A DNA stretch of 64,000 bases, from positions 28,892,001 to 28,956,000 of the forward strand of contig CM060731.1 in NCBI GenBank assembly GCA_030704615.1, written 5' to 3'. The translations under genes were made by a program, and so were the position numbers. The number at the start of each line of letters is the position of its first letter. Position 1 is the first letter of the stretch. The notes under the pieces were generated by a model. It was not told the origin of the DNA, ran no database searches, and saw only the letters and a list, made by a program, of their open reading frames with translations. Below are positions 13,314 through 25,935 of the stretch, one piece after another. Source of the DNA: Takakia lepidozioides. Lineage: Eukaryota; Plantae; Bryophyta.

Positions 13314-14100
13314 TTTTTTTTTTCTGCTGTTTTAAGAAAAAGGACTGAAGCCCAGAAAATAAATTAATGAAAAAATAACCAGTCTGAGCAGGCCATAAAG
13401 CGTATTAAGGGATACCACCCTCCAAAACCAAAAAACGAAACTATGAAGCAACCAGGACAACCAAGTTGTAGCCCAGTGGTAATGGACACATGCCACCTCA
13501 GAAGTGGTTGTGGGTTCAATCCACCCTTGGTGTCACAAAGGTGTCCACCTTCCTAGCGGAAAACAGTAATAACCCTTCTGGGTGAAGAGACACCATAATT
13601 TACGCTTCTTTGGGGAGGCGTCAAATGTTATTAAATATAATATTATGAATCAACCATCCTAGGGAAGGCAAGACAGCTAAGACAAAGAGCAGCGAGTCTA
13701 AAATTCAAGGTGAGTTTTGATCCTAGCCACGCGCTCCTTGCGGTGACGCCAATTAACATCCAGGTCATCAGCTTCTGGAAAAGGACTCCCATTCCTCCAG
13801 GAGATGGTCATGCCAAGAGATCTGAGAATCTGGGATGCGGGTGCAGAGAATGCTGTTCTTGGCCCAGGAGTGGTCAAAGGCTTGAAAAGCTTCATCCTTC
13901 TTTGATCAAAGCACCTGCAAGCGGCTGCCAACAAAGAGATCCAAGCTTTTTCTCCCCTCAGACATCACATCTGAGTACATATTAAACATAATCAATATGA
14001 TGCTGGGGCATTTCCCTTAAAAATTGAGAGCATGTCTGCACTTCCACATATACCATAAAGAATGCGCTTGTTCAGTTCAGAATAGGTTCATTAGGAAAAT
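13314..14100 (-). mobile_element. 5'-truncated L1 LINE 3' end (ORF2 C-terminus, 3' UTR, poly(A))
   Basis: Minus-strand translation ..ILYGIWKCRH.....AFDHSWAKNSILC...ISWHDHLLEEW aligns with the L1 copies at 52.5 kb and 59 kb. A T-run at 13314-13323 fits a poly(A) tail. The 5' boundary is approximate. Confidence 0.7.
13454..13643 (+). mobile_element. tRNA-derived SINE (family A) inserted in the L1 3' UTR
   Basis: A-box-like TAGCCCAGTGG, B-box-like GGTTCAATCC and an AT-rich tail. Flanked by a 12-bp TSD with one mismatch (TATGAAGCAACC 13442-13453 / TATGAATCAACC 13644-13655). The body resembles copies at ~24770-24915 and ~60500-60655. Confidence 0.72.
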
Positions 14101-14372
14101 GTTGAGTTTTGATGGTTGCTTTGGACATTTCCCCACATTAGCCCTTCTTTTATATGGTTAATGAGCTCTATGTTCGCCAAATGGTTTGTCAAGGCACATT
14201 AATCCAATTCACATTGCCATCTAACTATATATGCAAAAGATCACCAAGCGTGGATGTCAAATAGCTCAAATTTGAGTTTTGATACATATTTTACTACATT
14301 TTATCATATCTTTTTGCCTGGACGGAGGCTCCCAAGAAAAAATATGAGGAGGGAAAAAAAATACAACATAAC

Positions 14373-14743
14373 TGTTGGAAATCAACTCCTGACCAAGTTA
14401 CTACTACCTAGAGTTACTGTGATAACAAGTCAGGCTTCCATAATAGGAGTGCTGACAAGTCACAGTTAACAATAGAGATAAGCCTCGTTTAGCTAAAAGA
14501 TAGCTAAAGTTAGCTTCAGTTATTAGCGACTCAAGTCATTGTACCAAAATAGCAGGTGGAGATAACTTAAGTAAAAACATGGAGTTATGCTATAGTTATC
14601 TCAGCTATTTCTGGATTAGACTTTGAGTATAAATAGGGAGAGCTCGGAGGGTGGACACACAGCTGGTTGTAGTCATATGGTTGGGTGGAGAGTTCTCAGT
14701 AATCAGTTCATATTTTACCTCTATTCTCTGTCGAATTCCAACA
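14373..14743 (+). repeat. copia 5' LTR (371 bp) with TATA box
   Basis: TG...CA termini, TATAAATA at ~14628, directly followed by the tRNA-iMet PBS. Confidence 0.95.
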
Positions 14744-14808
14744 TGGTATCAGGGCAAGATTCTATCTGAGAGATAGAAGGAGATGAGTATTTGATTTACA
14801 ACCAATAG

Positions 14809-14912
14809 GCTTGAGTGCTTGGGGTTAGATCTGAAAGCTTGAATGCTTGGAGTTGAGTGCTTGGTGTCAGATCTGAAAGCTTGAGTGCTTGGAGTTAGAT
14901 CTAAAAGTTTGA
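14809..14912 (+). repeat. ~28-bp tandem repeats in the copia 5' leader
   Basis: About 3.5 imperfect copies of GCTTGAGTGCTTGGAGTTAGATCTGAAA. Confidence 0.75.
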
Positions 14913-15030
14913 GGGTGTTTTATAGTTGGCAAAACATCAAACCAGTATCATGACACACTCTGCTAATCATACCCGAGTGAAGAAGTTAGATGGTCACAAT
15001 TTTCATGCATAGAAGATTAAGATGGAGTTC

Positions 15031-15865
15031 CACTACAACAGATCGCGGTATTTATCACTGTATATATGACTATTCTGCAGTCATAAACGGTATATATGAC
15101 TTCTATGACTGTAAGTCGTGCAAACCAAGTGAATACAATGAGTATAGGATGGTACGGTCCAGATGACTACAGTCAGATGAACCAAGTGATATCTCTCACT
15201 GCAGTCATATATATCATACTGCAGTCGCCGCTGTCGCGCCACGAGGTGAGGCGCAATTGATTAATTTTTTTTAAATAAAAATAAAAATAAAAATGTCAGA
15301 CGCCACGTCGCTCCGCGTTGCACCACGTGGCATAATGCAATTTTATAATAATAATAATAAACTATATGACAGCCTATCTAGTGTGTCACGTGCTATCCTT
15401 AGCTCGCCTATTAACCCTAGGGCCATCATATCCATTTGATTGTACTTAGAGGAGTTTGAACCTACAACCTGTTTGCTATAAGATTTATAGTTCACTACCT
15501 GCTAACCAATACACCCATTGTTCATTCATGTGATCATATGGTGTTTTAATTGTATTATACACACCAAATTACAAAATCCCCAATAGTCATCATGACTATG
15601 TAACCTCGTCTATGTGCACTATAGTCATGGAAATGACTATGAGTGGTGAGCTAAATCTGGTCAATTGTCGTTGACCAGCCTTCCGCCTATTCCGGAGCCA
15701 TGTAGTCATACAGACGACTACTTAGATAGTCGTTCATATGACTATAGTCATACGAACGACTACGGGAGGTCAATTTCATATAGAAAACATGATGCATTCG
15801 TCAAAGTCAAGAAAACCATGACTACCGCGGGTTGGCAGTCATAACTACCGCAATCTGTTATAGTG
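15031..15865. mobile_element. Non-autonomous CACTA (En/Spm) element nested in copia gag
   Basis: TIRs CACTACAACAGATCGCGGTA / TACCGCAATCTGTTATAGTG, 3-bp TSD TTC and ATGACTA/TAGTCAT subterminal repeats. Removing it restores the gag frame KMEF|ILHEKDLW. Confidence 0.93.
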
Positions 15866-16899
15866 TTCATTCTTCATGAGAAAGATCTGTGGGAGATCAC
15901 ATCAGGAGAAGCGGTTGCACCAGTTCAACTGCAGCCTGAAGATGGAAAGATCATAGCCGCAGGGTTGACTCCTGAGCAACAATTTTTAACGAAGAAAGAT
16001 AAGTTGGCTCGAGGAACCATGTTGTTGAATGTAGCAGATTCAATACTTCATCATGTTGCACATGCTAAAACTGCTAGAAAAGCATGGTTCAATCTATGTA
16101 TCAGTTTTGGAAGAAAACACGTCGTCAATCGGCTCTATCTTAACCAAAAATTGTAAGATGGAGGAAGGAAGTTAAATTCAAGAAGAAGAAACACAAAGTT
16201 TGTTTCTTTTATGGCATAAGAGGTCATTATGCACGTGAATGCTTCAAGAAAAAGCTAGACGATGAGAAGAAGGAAAAGTTACAGAGTGAAGTTTTATCGG
16301 CAATTATGGCTGACAGAACTAAACTTTTTTGTTGTAGCTTTGTCAATCTCTCCTAGTTGTAGAGATGTATGGTGAATTATTGATTCAGGAACATCTCAAC
16401 ATATGACGTTCCAAATGGAAGCATTCTCAACCTTCAAAGAACTCTTTGTGGGACACAAGGTGTATCTTGGAGACAACAGTACTACTAGTCTTGATATACA
16501 TGAAAAGGTACTGTCGTGTTTCAATTATTACCTGGAGTGTCATAAGAGATCGGAAATGTTCTCTATGTTCATAGATTGACAACGAACCTATTGTCAGTTA
16601 GTCAGCTAACTGAGCAAGGTCTTATGGTTGAGGATTCTACCAGTCAATGTTGGTTGAACTAAGGTAGTTCAAGATGCAAGATTGTACAAACTGTTGGGGC
16701 TGTCCAGGCGTTACATGTGGATTGCAATGCTACACTCAAGTAGAGTGACCCCGGGCATCAGAGACTTGGACATGTCTCAATCCAAAGTTTGGCATGCACG
16801 TCAGCTAACAATCTGGTTGAAGCATGGATCTTACAGGAGATCAGGTCTTGAGTGTTTTGTGATGGATGTGTGTATGGTAAACACCATCGCAACTCATTT

Positions 16900-19571
16900 C
16901 CAAAGGATGGAGGTTCTTGAACAAAGAAGGTTCTTCAACCGGTGCATACTGATCTTCGTCTAAATCTCATGAAGATGCAAAGTATTTCTTGACCTTCACT
17001 GATGAGTTTTCTAAGAAAATATTTCTTTACATGATGTAGAATAAGTTTGAAGTTCTTGATAGGTTCAAAGCATTCAAAGCTTTGGTGGAGAATCAAACTG
17101 GAGAAATGATCGGTGTGATGGCGGTGATGAGTACATCTCAAGGAATTTTAATCAATTCTATAAGGAGATTGGTATTGTGAAACAATCAATCACACCATAT
17201 ACGCTAAAGTAGAATGGAGTCGCAGAGAGGAAGAATCGAACACTTATTGAGAGTGTGAGGTGTATGTTGCAACACATGAGGTTGGACCACCGTTTCTGGG
17301 CAGAAGCAGTGGCGACTGCAGCATATCTCCAGAATCGACTTCTTACTAAGGCAATCTCTACAAAGACACCTGAAGAGGTTTGGAAAGGTAGGAAACCTTC
17401 AGTTGATCATTTGCGCGTCTTTGGGTATGTTGCATTTGCCCATGTTTCAAAAGAAGTAAGGAAGAAATTGGATGCAAAAACAATCAAGTGTATCTTCATT
17501 GGTTATTGTGAAGAAACCAAAGGGTATAAGTTGTATAACCCTGAGAGCAAGTATGTGATCATCAGTCGTGATGTGATATTCAATGAGTCCAGGAACTTTC
17601 ATCAGAAAACAGTAGTTCCAAGTTTGGACCATGAAAAAGAGAACTTGGCTCTAACACATGAAGATAAAATGGAAGAGAAGATTGTTGAAGAGATAGTTGA
17701 GGTTCAAATGGAGGAGGTACAATCTACTATGATTGAAAAACCCTCAAAAGTATCTTCTGCCTATTTCATTGACAGTGATGAACCTCAAAGTGTGTCAGAT
17801 GCAATGAGGAGTGGGAACTCTTCACACTGGAAGGAAGCTATGGCATCTGAGTTTAAGTCTCTTCAGGATAATAAGACTTGGAGTCTTGTTCAACTTCCAT
17901 CTGGACGGCAGTCTGTTGGCTGCAAATGGATTTTCAAGGTTAAGTACAATGCAGATGGTTCTGTAGCAAGATACAAAGCGCGGTTGGTTGTAAAGGGGTT
18001 TTCGCAAATTGAAAGTATTGATTACAATGAAACCTTCTCCCCTGTTGCACGGATAGAGTCAATTCGAGTGATTCTAGCGTTTGCAACTGTTGAAAATCTT
18101 GAGGTACATCAGATGGATGTATGTACAGCCTTTCTCAATGGAGATCTTATGGAAGAAATATACATGGACCAGCTGGAGGGATTTGCTGTAAAATGGAAGG
18201 AGAGGGTTTGTAAGCTCCTCAAGTCCTTGTATGGTTTGAAGCAATCCCCTAGGGCATGGAATGCTAAGATTGATGCATATTTCATGGCTGAAGAGTTTGA
18301 GAAGAGCTCTGCTGATTATAGTGTTTATTATAAGAGGGCTCATGGAAACTCTTTTGTGATCATAACATTGTATGTTGATGATCTGATCTTGGTCTCTAAT
18401 GACTTGACTTTGTTGAAACACATACAGAGTGTCAATATCTCAAATGAGATTGAGATAGTGGTTGTGTGATCATAACAAATTGACTTTGTTGAAACAAAGA
18501 CAAAGTGATATCTCAAAGAGGTTTGAGATGGTGGATTTGAAAGAGATCTTGTGATCATGAGTTGATCAGGCTCTGTTGAAAAAAACAAAGATCGATATCT
18601 CAATAAAGCTTGAGATGGTGGATCTGAAAGAGATCCAGTACTGCTTGGGGGTATCGGTAACTCGTGTTCGACAAGACCGAGCGATTTACCTGAACCAACG
18701 TAAGTATCTTGAAGATATCTTAAGGCGCTTTGGTATGGCTGAAAGTATGCCGGTAAATATCCCGTTTGTCCCAAATTGCAAACTCTCAAAGGAGATGAGT
18801 TCTAAGAGTGTTGTAGACTTGGAGACAATGAGAGATGTTCCCTATCAGAGTGCTGTGGGAAGTCTCATGTATGCAATGGTCTGTACTAGGCCAGATATTG
18901 CACAAGCAGTGGGGGTTGTAAGCCAATATGTGGCTAACCCTGGGCATCTCCATTGGGTTGCAGTAAAACGGATTTTCCGTTATCTGAGAGGCACATTGGA
19001 CTATGGTTTGTGCTTGAGAAAGAACAATGATAATGTTCAGTTGGATCAAGTGGGTTCATATGGTATCTCAGATACTGCTTGCAAAAACACAGAGCTATAC
19101 GGCTATTGTGATGCAGATTGGGCTGGTAACATTGATGACCGCCATTCTACATCTGGCTATGTTTTTATGCTAGCAAATGGAGTTGTAAGCTGGAGCAACA
19201 AGAAACAATCTACAATTGCTATGTCCTCGACTGAGGCAAAATATATGGCTGCATCTCAAGCTATAAGGCAAACATTATTGTTATCATCATTTCTATCTAA
19301 TATTGGTCATCCATAGAGGGATACCATGGTCATATATGATGACATCCAAGGGTGTATTGCTCTCTCAAAGAATCCAATGTTTCATGCTCGCACAAAGCAT
19401 ATTGAGATTTATCATCATTTGGTACGAGAGAAGACTGAAGCTGGAGTTGCCAAGCTTGTATATTGCAACACCAACAACATGGTTGCAGACATACTGACAA
19501 AAGGGCTTAGTGCTGAAAAGCTTGAACGCTTTCGAGGCTTGATGGGAGTAGTTAAGTGCTTAACTTGGTAA
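16900..19571 (+). pseudogene. copia pol (integrase, RT, RNase H), fragmented
   Basis: ORFs 17255-18469, 18576-19316 and 19326-19571 carry FWAEAV, ARYKARLV, QMDVCTAFLNG, YVDD, YCDADWAG and ADILTKGL motifs. Confidence 0.92.
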
Positions 19572-19586
19572 CACGTTGAGTGGGGG

Positions 19587-19874
19587 TGTTGGAAATCAAC
19601 TCCTGACCAAGTTACTACTACCTAGAGTTACTGTGATGACAAGTCAGGCTTCCATAATAGGAGTGCTGACAAGTCACAGTTAACAATAGAGATAAGCCTC
19701 GGTTAGCTAAAAGATAGCTAAAGTTAGCTTCAGTTATTAGTGACTCAAGTCATTGTACCAGAATAGCAGGTGGACATAACTTAAGTAAAAGCATGGAATT
19801 ATGCTATAGTTATCTCAGCTATTTCTGCAGTAATCAGTTCATCTTTTACCTTCATTCTCTGTCGAATTCCAACA
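19587..19874 (+). repeat. copia 3' LTR (288 bp; 83-bp internal deletion)
   Basis: Near-identical to the 5' LTR except that the segment equivalent to 14614-14696 is missing. Confidence 0.95.
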
Positions 19875-20597
19875 ATAACAACATGATGCATGAAAAACAA
19901 TCGGATGTAACCTGTGAATGTTGTTTGACGGGGGACATAGCAAGGCCCTCGTCACACGCGGCTAACACGCGGCTAGTCACATAATGGCTCCTCCTTTGTG
20001 AATATTATTTAGTTTTTTTTCTTAAAAATAATTAACCAAATTTTATTGAAAGAGGCAAAATTAAACCCCAAAATAGCCCTTTAGTTTAATTTTCATAGCA
20101 TGGCGTAATATTCTTCCATGGTCATTTTTCATTTTTTTCATTTCCTCATCACTTGTTGTACAATCAAGGAGGTGTTACTTAGGAAAGTACAAGGGAATCA
20201 AACTCATTTTGGCATGACTGATGAGTAGTCTTCTTCTACAAGAAGGAGCCAATGAACTATTTCTATTTCCAAGTTTTTTTGAAACCATGGTGGATGGTTA
20301 ATATTGTCATGCAAGGTGCCTAAGAGCATGCCCAACAGTGCAAAAAAATACTGTCAACTTCAAAATGACGCTTGTTGTTTTTTCAGCTGCCTTCATGCGT
20401 CCCCAATGGCACCACGAGGCTCTTTAATCCCCCGTCCCCGCTTAAACTCATCCTCTCTCCCACGACATCTACTGCTCCCTTGCTGACCCATAAAGTTGCA
20501 CATTATCGTCAGATTCGGTGGGCCAACGGTCAAGTTGTCTGATGGACTAGCCGTCCCTCCGCGCCTTAGCCTTGGGCCTGCGTTGGGAAGAGCGTCC

Positions 20598-21510
20598 ATG
20601 GCCGTTTCAACTTCCCAACACCCTATGGCGGCAGTGCCTGTTCTTCCACCTGCACCTTGTAGATCGAGAGGGACGAAGGGCAAGAATTTTAATGCTAATG
20701 AGGAAATACAGGTTTGTAGAAGTTATCTGCACATCACCCAAGATCCTTCTACCGACAACAGGCAGAAGAACCAAGCATTCTGGGAGAGAGTTGGAGCACA
20801 TTATAATGCACACATTCCTCCAGGCTGTAGTGCTTGTCCAGCTAGCCTGTCTCTAGAGACAAAATGAGGTCATATAAAGCACGACGTGTCTAAGTTTGCA
20901 GGTGTTTATCAGCAAGTTCTGAGCGTTCATGAATCAGGTTCTAGTCTAGATGACAACCTTCAGAGAGCTTTCGAGTAGTACCAAGTTAAGAACCTAAAAA
21001 TGTCTGATTTCGTTTATTTGCGTTGCTGGTTTGTTTTGAGGGATGTGTCTCGTTGGGCAGAGGCTAGGACTCAAGATGCCCGGAAGGCTGCATCAGAATC
21101 CTCCCCTGCTGTCAAGCAAAAGCAACAAAACGATCGGCATCAGCAACTGTGGCTGCCCATTTTGATCTCACAAGCGGACAATCAGATTCCCCCCCAAGTG
21201 TGACTAACCTCTCGGACATGGAGGATCCGCTTGTATATTTGTCCAACCTGCCTCCAGCGCACAACAGACCGTAAGGTAGTAGGGCAACAAAGGACCAATT
21301 ACAAATAACTTACTCTCGGGAATGCATCGGGAATGCTCAAGCACAAGCGACAGCTGATATAACAAAAGTCAGTTTACAAAAAACGAAGATAATTGCCGAT
21401 CAGACTGCTTTGCAGTTGTTTTCGATGCCTCTGGAAGCGGCTGAGGGGGAGGATGCCCATGAGTACATCCTGCTGAGGAGGAAGGAGGAGTTGAACTTGT
21501 TGCATTTCAA
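20598..21510 (+). pseudogene. Harbinger Myb/SANT-like (NAM-associated type) ORF remnant
   Basis: NFNANEEIQVCRSYLHITQDP..NRQKNQAFWERVGAHY...SLETK*GHIKHDVSKF...FVYLRCWFVLRDVSRW, interrupted by stops. Confidence 0.8.
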
Positions 21511-21629
21511 AGTTGGGTTATGGCATTTGTATGTTATCTGGATCAGATATATGTAGATTTCGGCCGCATATAGGCTTTTGTGTATGAGAGCTTATGTATA
21601 ATTACAACGCCGTTGGAACTTTTATTGAA

Positions 21630-22400
21630 GTCCATACATGGAATTGCCTTTGATAGCCCAAAGGTGGTCAACCAAGTCATTGCGTAGTTTAAAATGAGTC
21701 GATGTACTCTCTATCTCCACTGTCCCTTCCAAAAGTGTTTGAATGTGATACCATGTCTAATTTGTATAGAAGGAGAAGAGGCAATCAGAGGCTCCAAGTT
21801 GAGACCAGCCTCATTCTCAATGACCATGTGATGTAATATCACACAAGCTAGCATGATGTCCGTCATTGTAGATAAATTCCACCGCTTGCAGGGGTTGCAG
21901 ACAAATAGCCCAACGCGACTGTAGAACCTCAAATGTGCGCTCCATATATTTACGTAGTGCCTCTTGCATTTGCGCGAAGTGTTGTCACTTCTCATCCTGA
22001 GGGTCGTCTATCGTTTGCACGAAACATGACCACTTGGGATATATCCCATCGATCAGGAAATAATAGCGATGATATTGTACACCATTAACCACAAACCCAA
22101 GATCATTAGCATCAGCACTTAGCATGTCACGTATCAAAGGAGACCTATCCAGAACATTGATATCATTGTTTGATCCAGGCATGCAAAAGTAGGCATGCCA
22201 TATCCACAATGAAGAGTCTGCAACCGCCTCTAATATGATGCTCATGTGGTCGTCCTTGTCTTGGTATTGTCCCTGCCAGTCCACGAGCAGTCCACCAGGC
22301 ATTTAGCCCACTCCCAATGCATACAATCTAGGGATGCAAACATCCCTAGAAAGCCTCTAGCTGCATTGATCTGCATTTGCTTCACCAAATCGCAGCTACA
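21630..22400 (-). pseudogene. Harbinger DDE transposase remnant (N-terminus missing)
   Basis: GFLGMFASLDCMHWEW...IILEAVAD..LWIWHAYF.MPGSNNDINVLDRSP...YFLIDGIYPKW...IMLACVILHHM. Confidence 0.88.
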
Positions 22401-23789
22401 TGCGTTGGAATGGAGCAATAGAGTTTCCAGGCTATGGTGGAAGGGAATTAGCTGCTACCGATAACCGCACTAGAATGGCGTGCGTCCGTAGGTTGCTGCC
22501 AGGGCAAGTGGCAAGTTGGCTGTTTGTTGGCATTATTGCCTTAGCAAAAGACCCACCCAATTGAAGGTTTTGCGCCTGTTTGGTGAGGCTCTATTAGGCA
22601 TGCCCTAAGATTACTACTATAAGTCGCGTCTTTTTAGCTTTTGTTAGTAGACCAATTTCAACACGATAGAATGAAACATTGTTTGCCTGTTAACAACCTA
22701 GTCGCACCTAACCTTTCGAAGTTGCCAACGCCCCATTGTAGCTAAAGAGCATCGGAAAAGGGACAAAATTGATAAATTGTATATTTGGTGGCATTTGACT
22801 TAAGTAAAATTGCTCCAGAAGAGAAGGTTGAGCCGATGATACATTATGCCAACACTGTGTCGCAAATGCGGCCTCTTGAATAATTTTCTAGATTCTAAAT
22901 GATTCAAATTAATGCCTCTAGACATGAAGCCATCTTTGTCCAGTCCAAAAAGTCACATTTTAGAGGAAAGTGCTCACCTAAGTGCACTGTCCTTCTTGGA
23001 AAGCACTGGCAAACCGAGGCTTAGATGCACTTCCACATTTTATCCCCAAAATTGTAATATTCTCATTAATTGCTTAAAAACAAAGGCAAGGCCATTAATC
23101 AAATTAGATGGCAAGGAAAAAATAACCTCACATAGGGGCACATCATGCAGGGAACAAATTACAACTGAACCTAAGAGGAAGAAGGCATGAAAATGCACCT
23201 AATGGGGACAGGGCCCATCGGCCGCTAGGGGGCAGAGAAAGACAACAACACTGGACATACTAGCGGAAACTTGTTTCATTTGAAACCTCTTGGTTTTTTG
23301 TTTTTGTTATCATATACACATCATATATGGGACTGCCACTAAACCGGAATTCAAATACATCCCACCCAATTAGTTTGTATAAATGACCACTCCTACACGT
23401 CAAAAAATAGTCAAAATACAGTTGGACGAGGGATTTGTCTCAATATTTCAACTCATTCAATAACTTTATGTAATGGGTGCAACATGTGTAGGCATGGTGA
23501 GATTGCAAGGTTTTGGAGACTTTTTATTTTAAATTTTTGTTTAGAAATGGCAACACCTAGGAGCGACCGCTCATAATTGATGCCCCTTAAGTACCATTAT
23601 TTTCATGAACCAATCTTTCAGGCGCCGATCAATGTGTGCCACTACGTTCCTGCAAAATCGAGGGGCGTTTGATTTGCAATTTGATTTGGTGTGTTGGATA
23701 TTCGGCTGCGGCATCAACGACTACTTGGACCGACTGCCTGGAGAAAATTACCCCTTTCATAGAAAACTGGCCACCTTGCCATGAGGTGC

Positions 23790-23912
23790 CGAACACAAGG
23801 CTCAACACCGCACAAGGGAAGGAGGAGAAGATCATACCATACTCGACAAGATAACAGGATTTGAACCCATAATCACCTGGGTGGCACTCAGTGCCCTATG
23901 CAACTGAGCTAT
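23790..23912 (-). mobile_element. tRNA-derived SINE (family B) fragment
   Basis: The minus strand reads TAGCTCAGTTGC...GGGTTCAAATCC (A and B boxes). The following body resembles the + copy at ~25797-25935. Confidence 0.55.
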
Positions 23913-24767
23913 TGACGGTCGAGAGAACATGTTTACCATCAAATTCTAATCTGGTAGGTGCACCAATGAGGGATAGAAAATTCTTCAAGAATATGCTGAC
24001 GGCCGGCGAAAGCTCACTGGTAATGACGTAATGACTCACATGGAGCTACAAATGAAGAGACCACAGATCATAGGAGAAAGTCTAAAGTTCTATGCAAGAT
24101 TAAAAAGAAAGTCTAATTCCATGCAACATTCGATCTCAATAAAATACATTACAAACATCTCCATACGGATTACCTATCCATTCGAGCTCGGCTAATGGCC
24201 CCTTCTAAGGAGGATGGATGTCTTTTTGTTTCAAAGAAAAGATATAATAGTGATGCGGTGAGAGATAAAATATAGTCCCGGGACTCGGCAAACAGAGTAC
24301 ATCATGTGCTTCATAATTTGTGAACCTCATTCTAAAGACACCAATATACACTTACAGCAAGAGCACTAGGGTCGGCAATTCATGATTAAAAACTCATTAT
24401 TTGAACCCCAAGGGGATCATTACACACTCCACTACTATGAGTGAAGCCTCTTGGCACCCAAGATTTCAGAGGGACAACAGTGTTGTTTCCAAGGGTATCT
24501 TTTTATTTGCCCATTTGTGGACGATACATGGTATGGTATAAGGTACTATCCTTGAATGAATAGGTGGCAAATTGAATTGGCATAGGTGGCAAACTTGTGA
24601 AGAATATAAGAATAGGCAAATTGCAAATTTAATAGACTTTAGGTTAGTAAGCTAGAGGGGTAGGAGGTATTTGTTTGTAATTGGAAGCACGCTGCAATAT
24701 ACTTCTTGCTTGCTGCAAAAGATGGTTATATAAATATACAAAGATAAATAAAAAATGTGGAGTGCTG

Positions 24768-24915
24768 AACCGTAACTTATGGTGTCACTTGACCTGACCG
24801 GAAAGACTGCTAGGCTTCCCGTAGGGAGGTGGACACCTATATGACATCCAACACACTTACGTGGTTTTGATCCCACAACCAACCATGAAATGGTATTATG
24901 CCCTAGCCAGCTATC
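24768..24915 (-). mobile_element. tRNA-derived SINE (family A), degenerate
   Basis: The reverse complement shares GTGTCCACCT...GTCAAGTGACACCATAAGTTACG with the copies at 13454 and 60500. Confidence 0.6.
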
Positions 24916-25796
24916 TCAGTCAATTGGATGCAAATTAGGAGAGACAATAGTGTGAAACTTGACTACAAGAAGAATGTGAGAGGGCTGTTGAAGGATATCA
25001 TCAAATAGCTGAATCCTAAGTATGTGAGATAGGTAGACTGAATATTAACAGTAGACAACTAGTAAGCGGCTGTAGAACCGAGCCATTTAACATTCCACCT
25101 CCTCACTATGTTTTTGTTCCTGCGGGCTTTGTGCTCGGCGCCTCATGGCGAGGTTACTATGAAAGATGTTATTTTCTCCTCTCACTATAATCAAGAGGCC
25201 TGATTTGTGAGCGGTCACTCCCGGGTATTTCCCCTTAAAAATAAAGTAAAATATACTTTTTTTTAGAGGTATTTCATCCATTCTTCATCATCAGCTGTTT
25301 CTTGTTCAATGGATCAGTGTGACTCAGTTTAGAAGAGTAAATATCGGGGATTGTGTTTTCAAGACATGCAATATGGATATATGAATGGAAATGATTGGTG
25401 ATCCAAATCATAAGATAGCTGCAATCAATTACATGCACTATTGTGTCATGATTACCTCTCATGCTATCATTCCTGCTACTGCTTTCTAGGTCTTCACATT
25501 TTTAATAGATTAAAAATTCAATCATACATCTTTACTATATTATTATTATATTATTTGTCTTTTTTTTTCAATTTAATTGGACCCACTGTGCGCCTACAAA
25601 TTTACAAAGTACGTAAGGGAACATGCTCCCCATGAGCAGAGCCCACATGTATGTCACGCTTTGGCCTTACAAGCAGGTACTCTGCATAGTACTACTTGGG
25701 ATCATGGGCGGTTGGCGGGGAGCATGTTCCCAAGAGCTCTTCAAGAACATGTCAAGGATAAAAACATAATAATACTATTAATAGCTACTTTAAGTC

Positions 25797-25935
25797 GGTA
25801 GCTGAACTGGATAGTGCATTGGATGCCATCCAGGTAGTTCGGGGTTCAAATCCTGCCACCTTGCCGTTTGTGGTATTGTCTGCCTTTGGGTCTGCTCCTG
25901 TATGCCTCCACGGCTCATAAATGAGCCGGTTTATC
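25797..25935 (+). mobile_element. tRNA-derived SINE (family B)
   Basis: GTAGCTGAACTGGATAG...GGGGTTCAAATCC head. There is no intact tRNA acceptor stem, and a non-tRNA body follows. Confidence 0.55.

Larger units (their letters stand above)
14373..19874 (+). mobile_element. Full-length but decayed Ty1/copia LTR retrotransposon
   Basis: LTRs at 14373-14743 and 19587-19874 (TGTTGG...CCAACA), 5-bp TSD ATAAC, PBS TGGTATCAGGGC at 14744-14755 and PPT GAGTGGGGG at 19578-19586. Domain order is gag-PR(IDSG)-IN(NGVAERKNR)-RT(YVDD)-RH(YCDADWAG, RTKHIEI), with stops and frameshifts. Confidence 0.97.
20324..22605. mobile_element. PIF/Harbinger DNA transposon, decayed
   Basis: TAA TSDs at 20321-20323 and 22606-22608, with ~15-bp imperfect TIRs (GAGCATGCCCAACAG / CTATTAGGCATGCCC). 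Contains convergent Myb/SANT-like and DDE transposase remnants. Confidence 0.88.

Noticed and set aside
25797-25860. tRNA gene candidates here and at other A/B-box sites
   Set aside because: No complete cloverleaf or acceptor stem, and each continues into a shared non-tRNA body, so they were treated as SINE heads.
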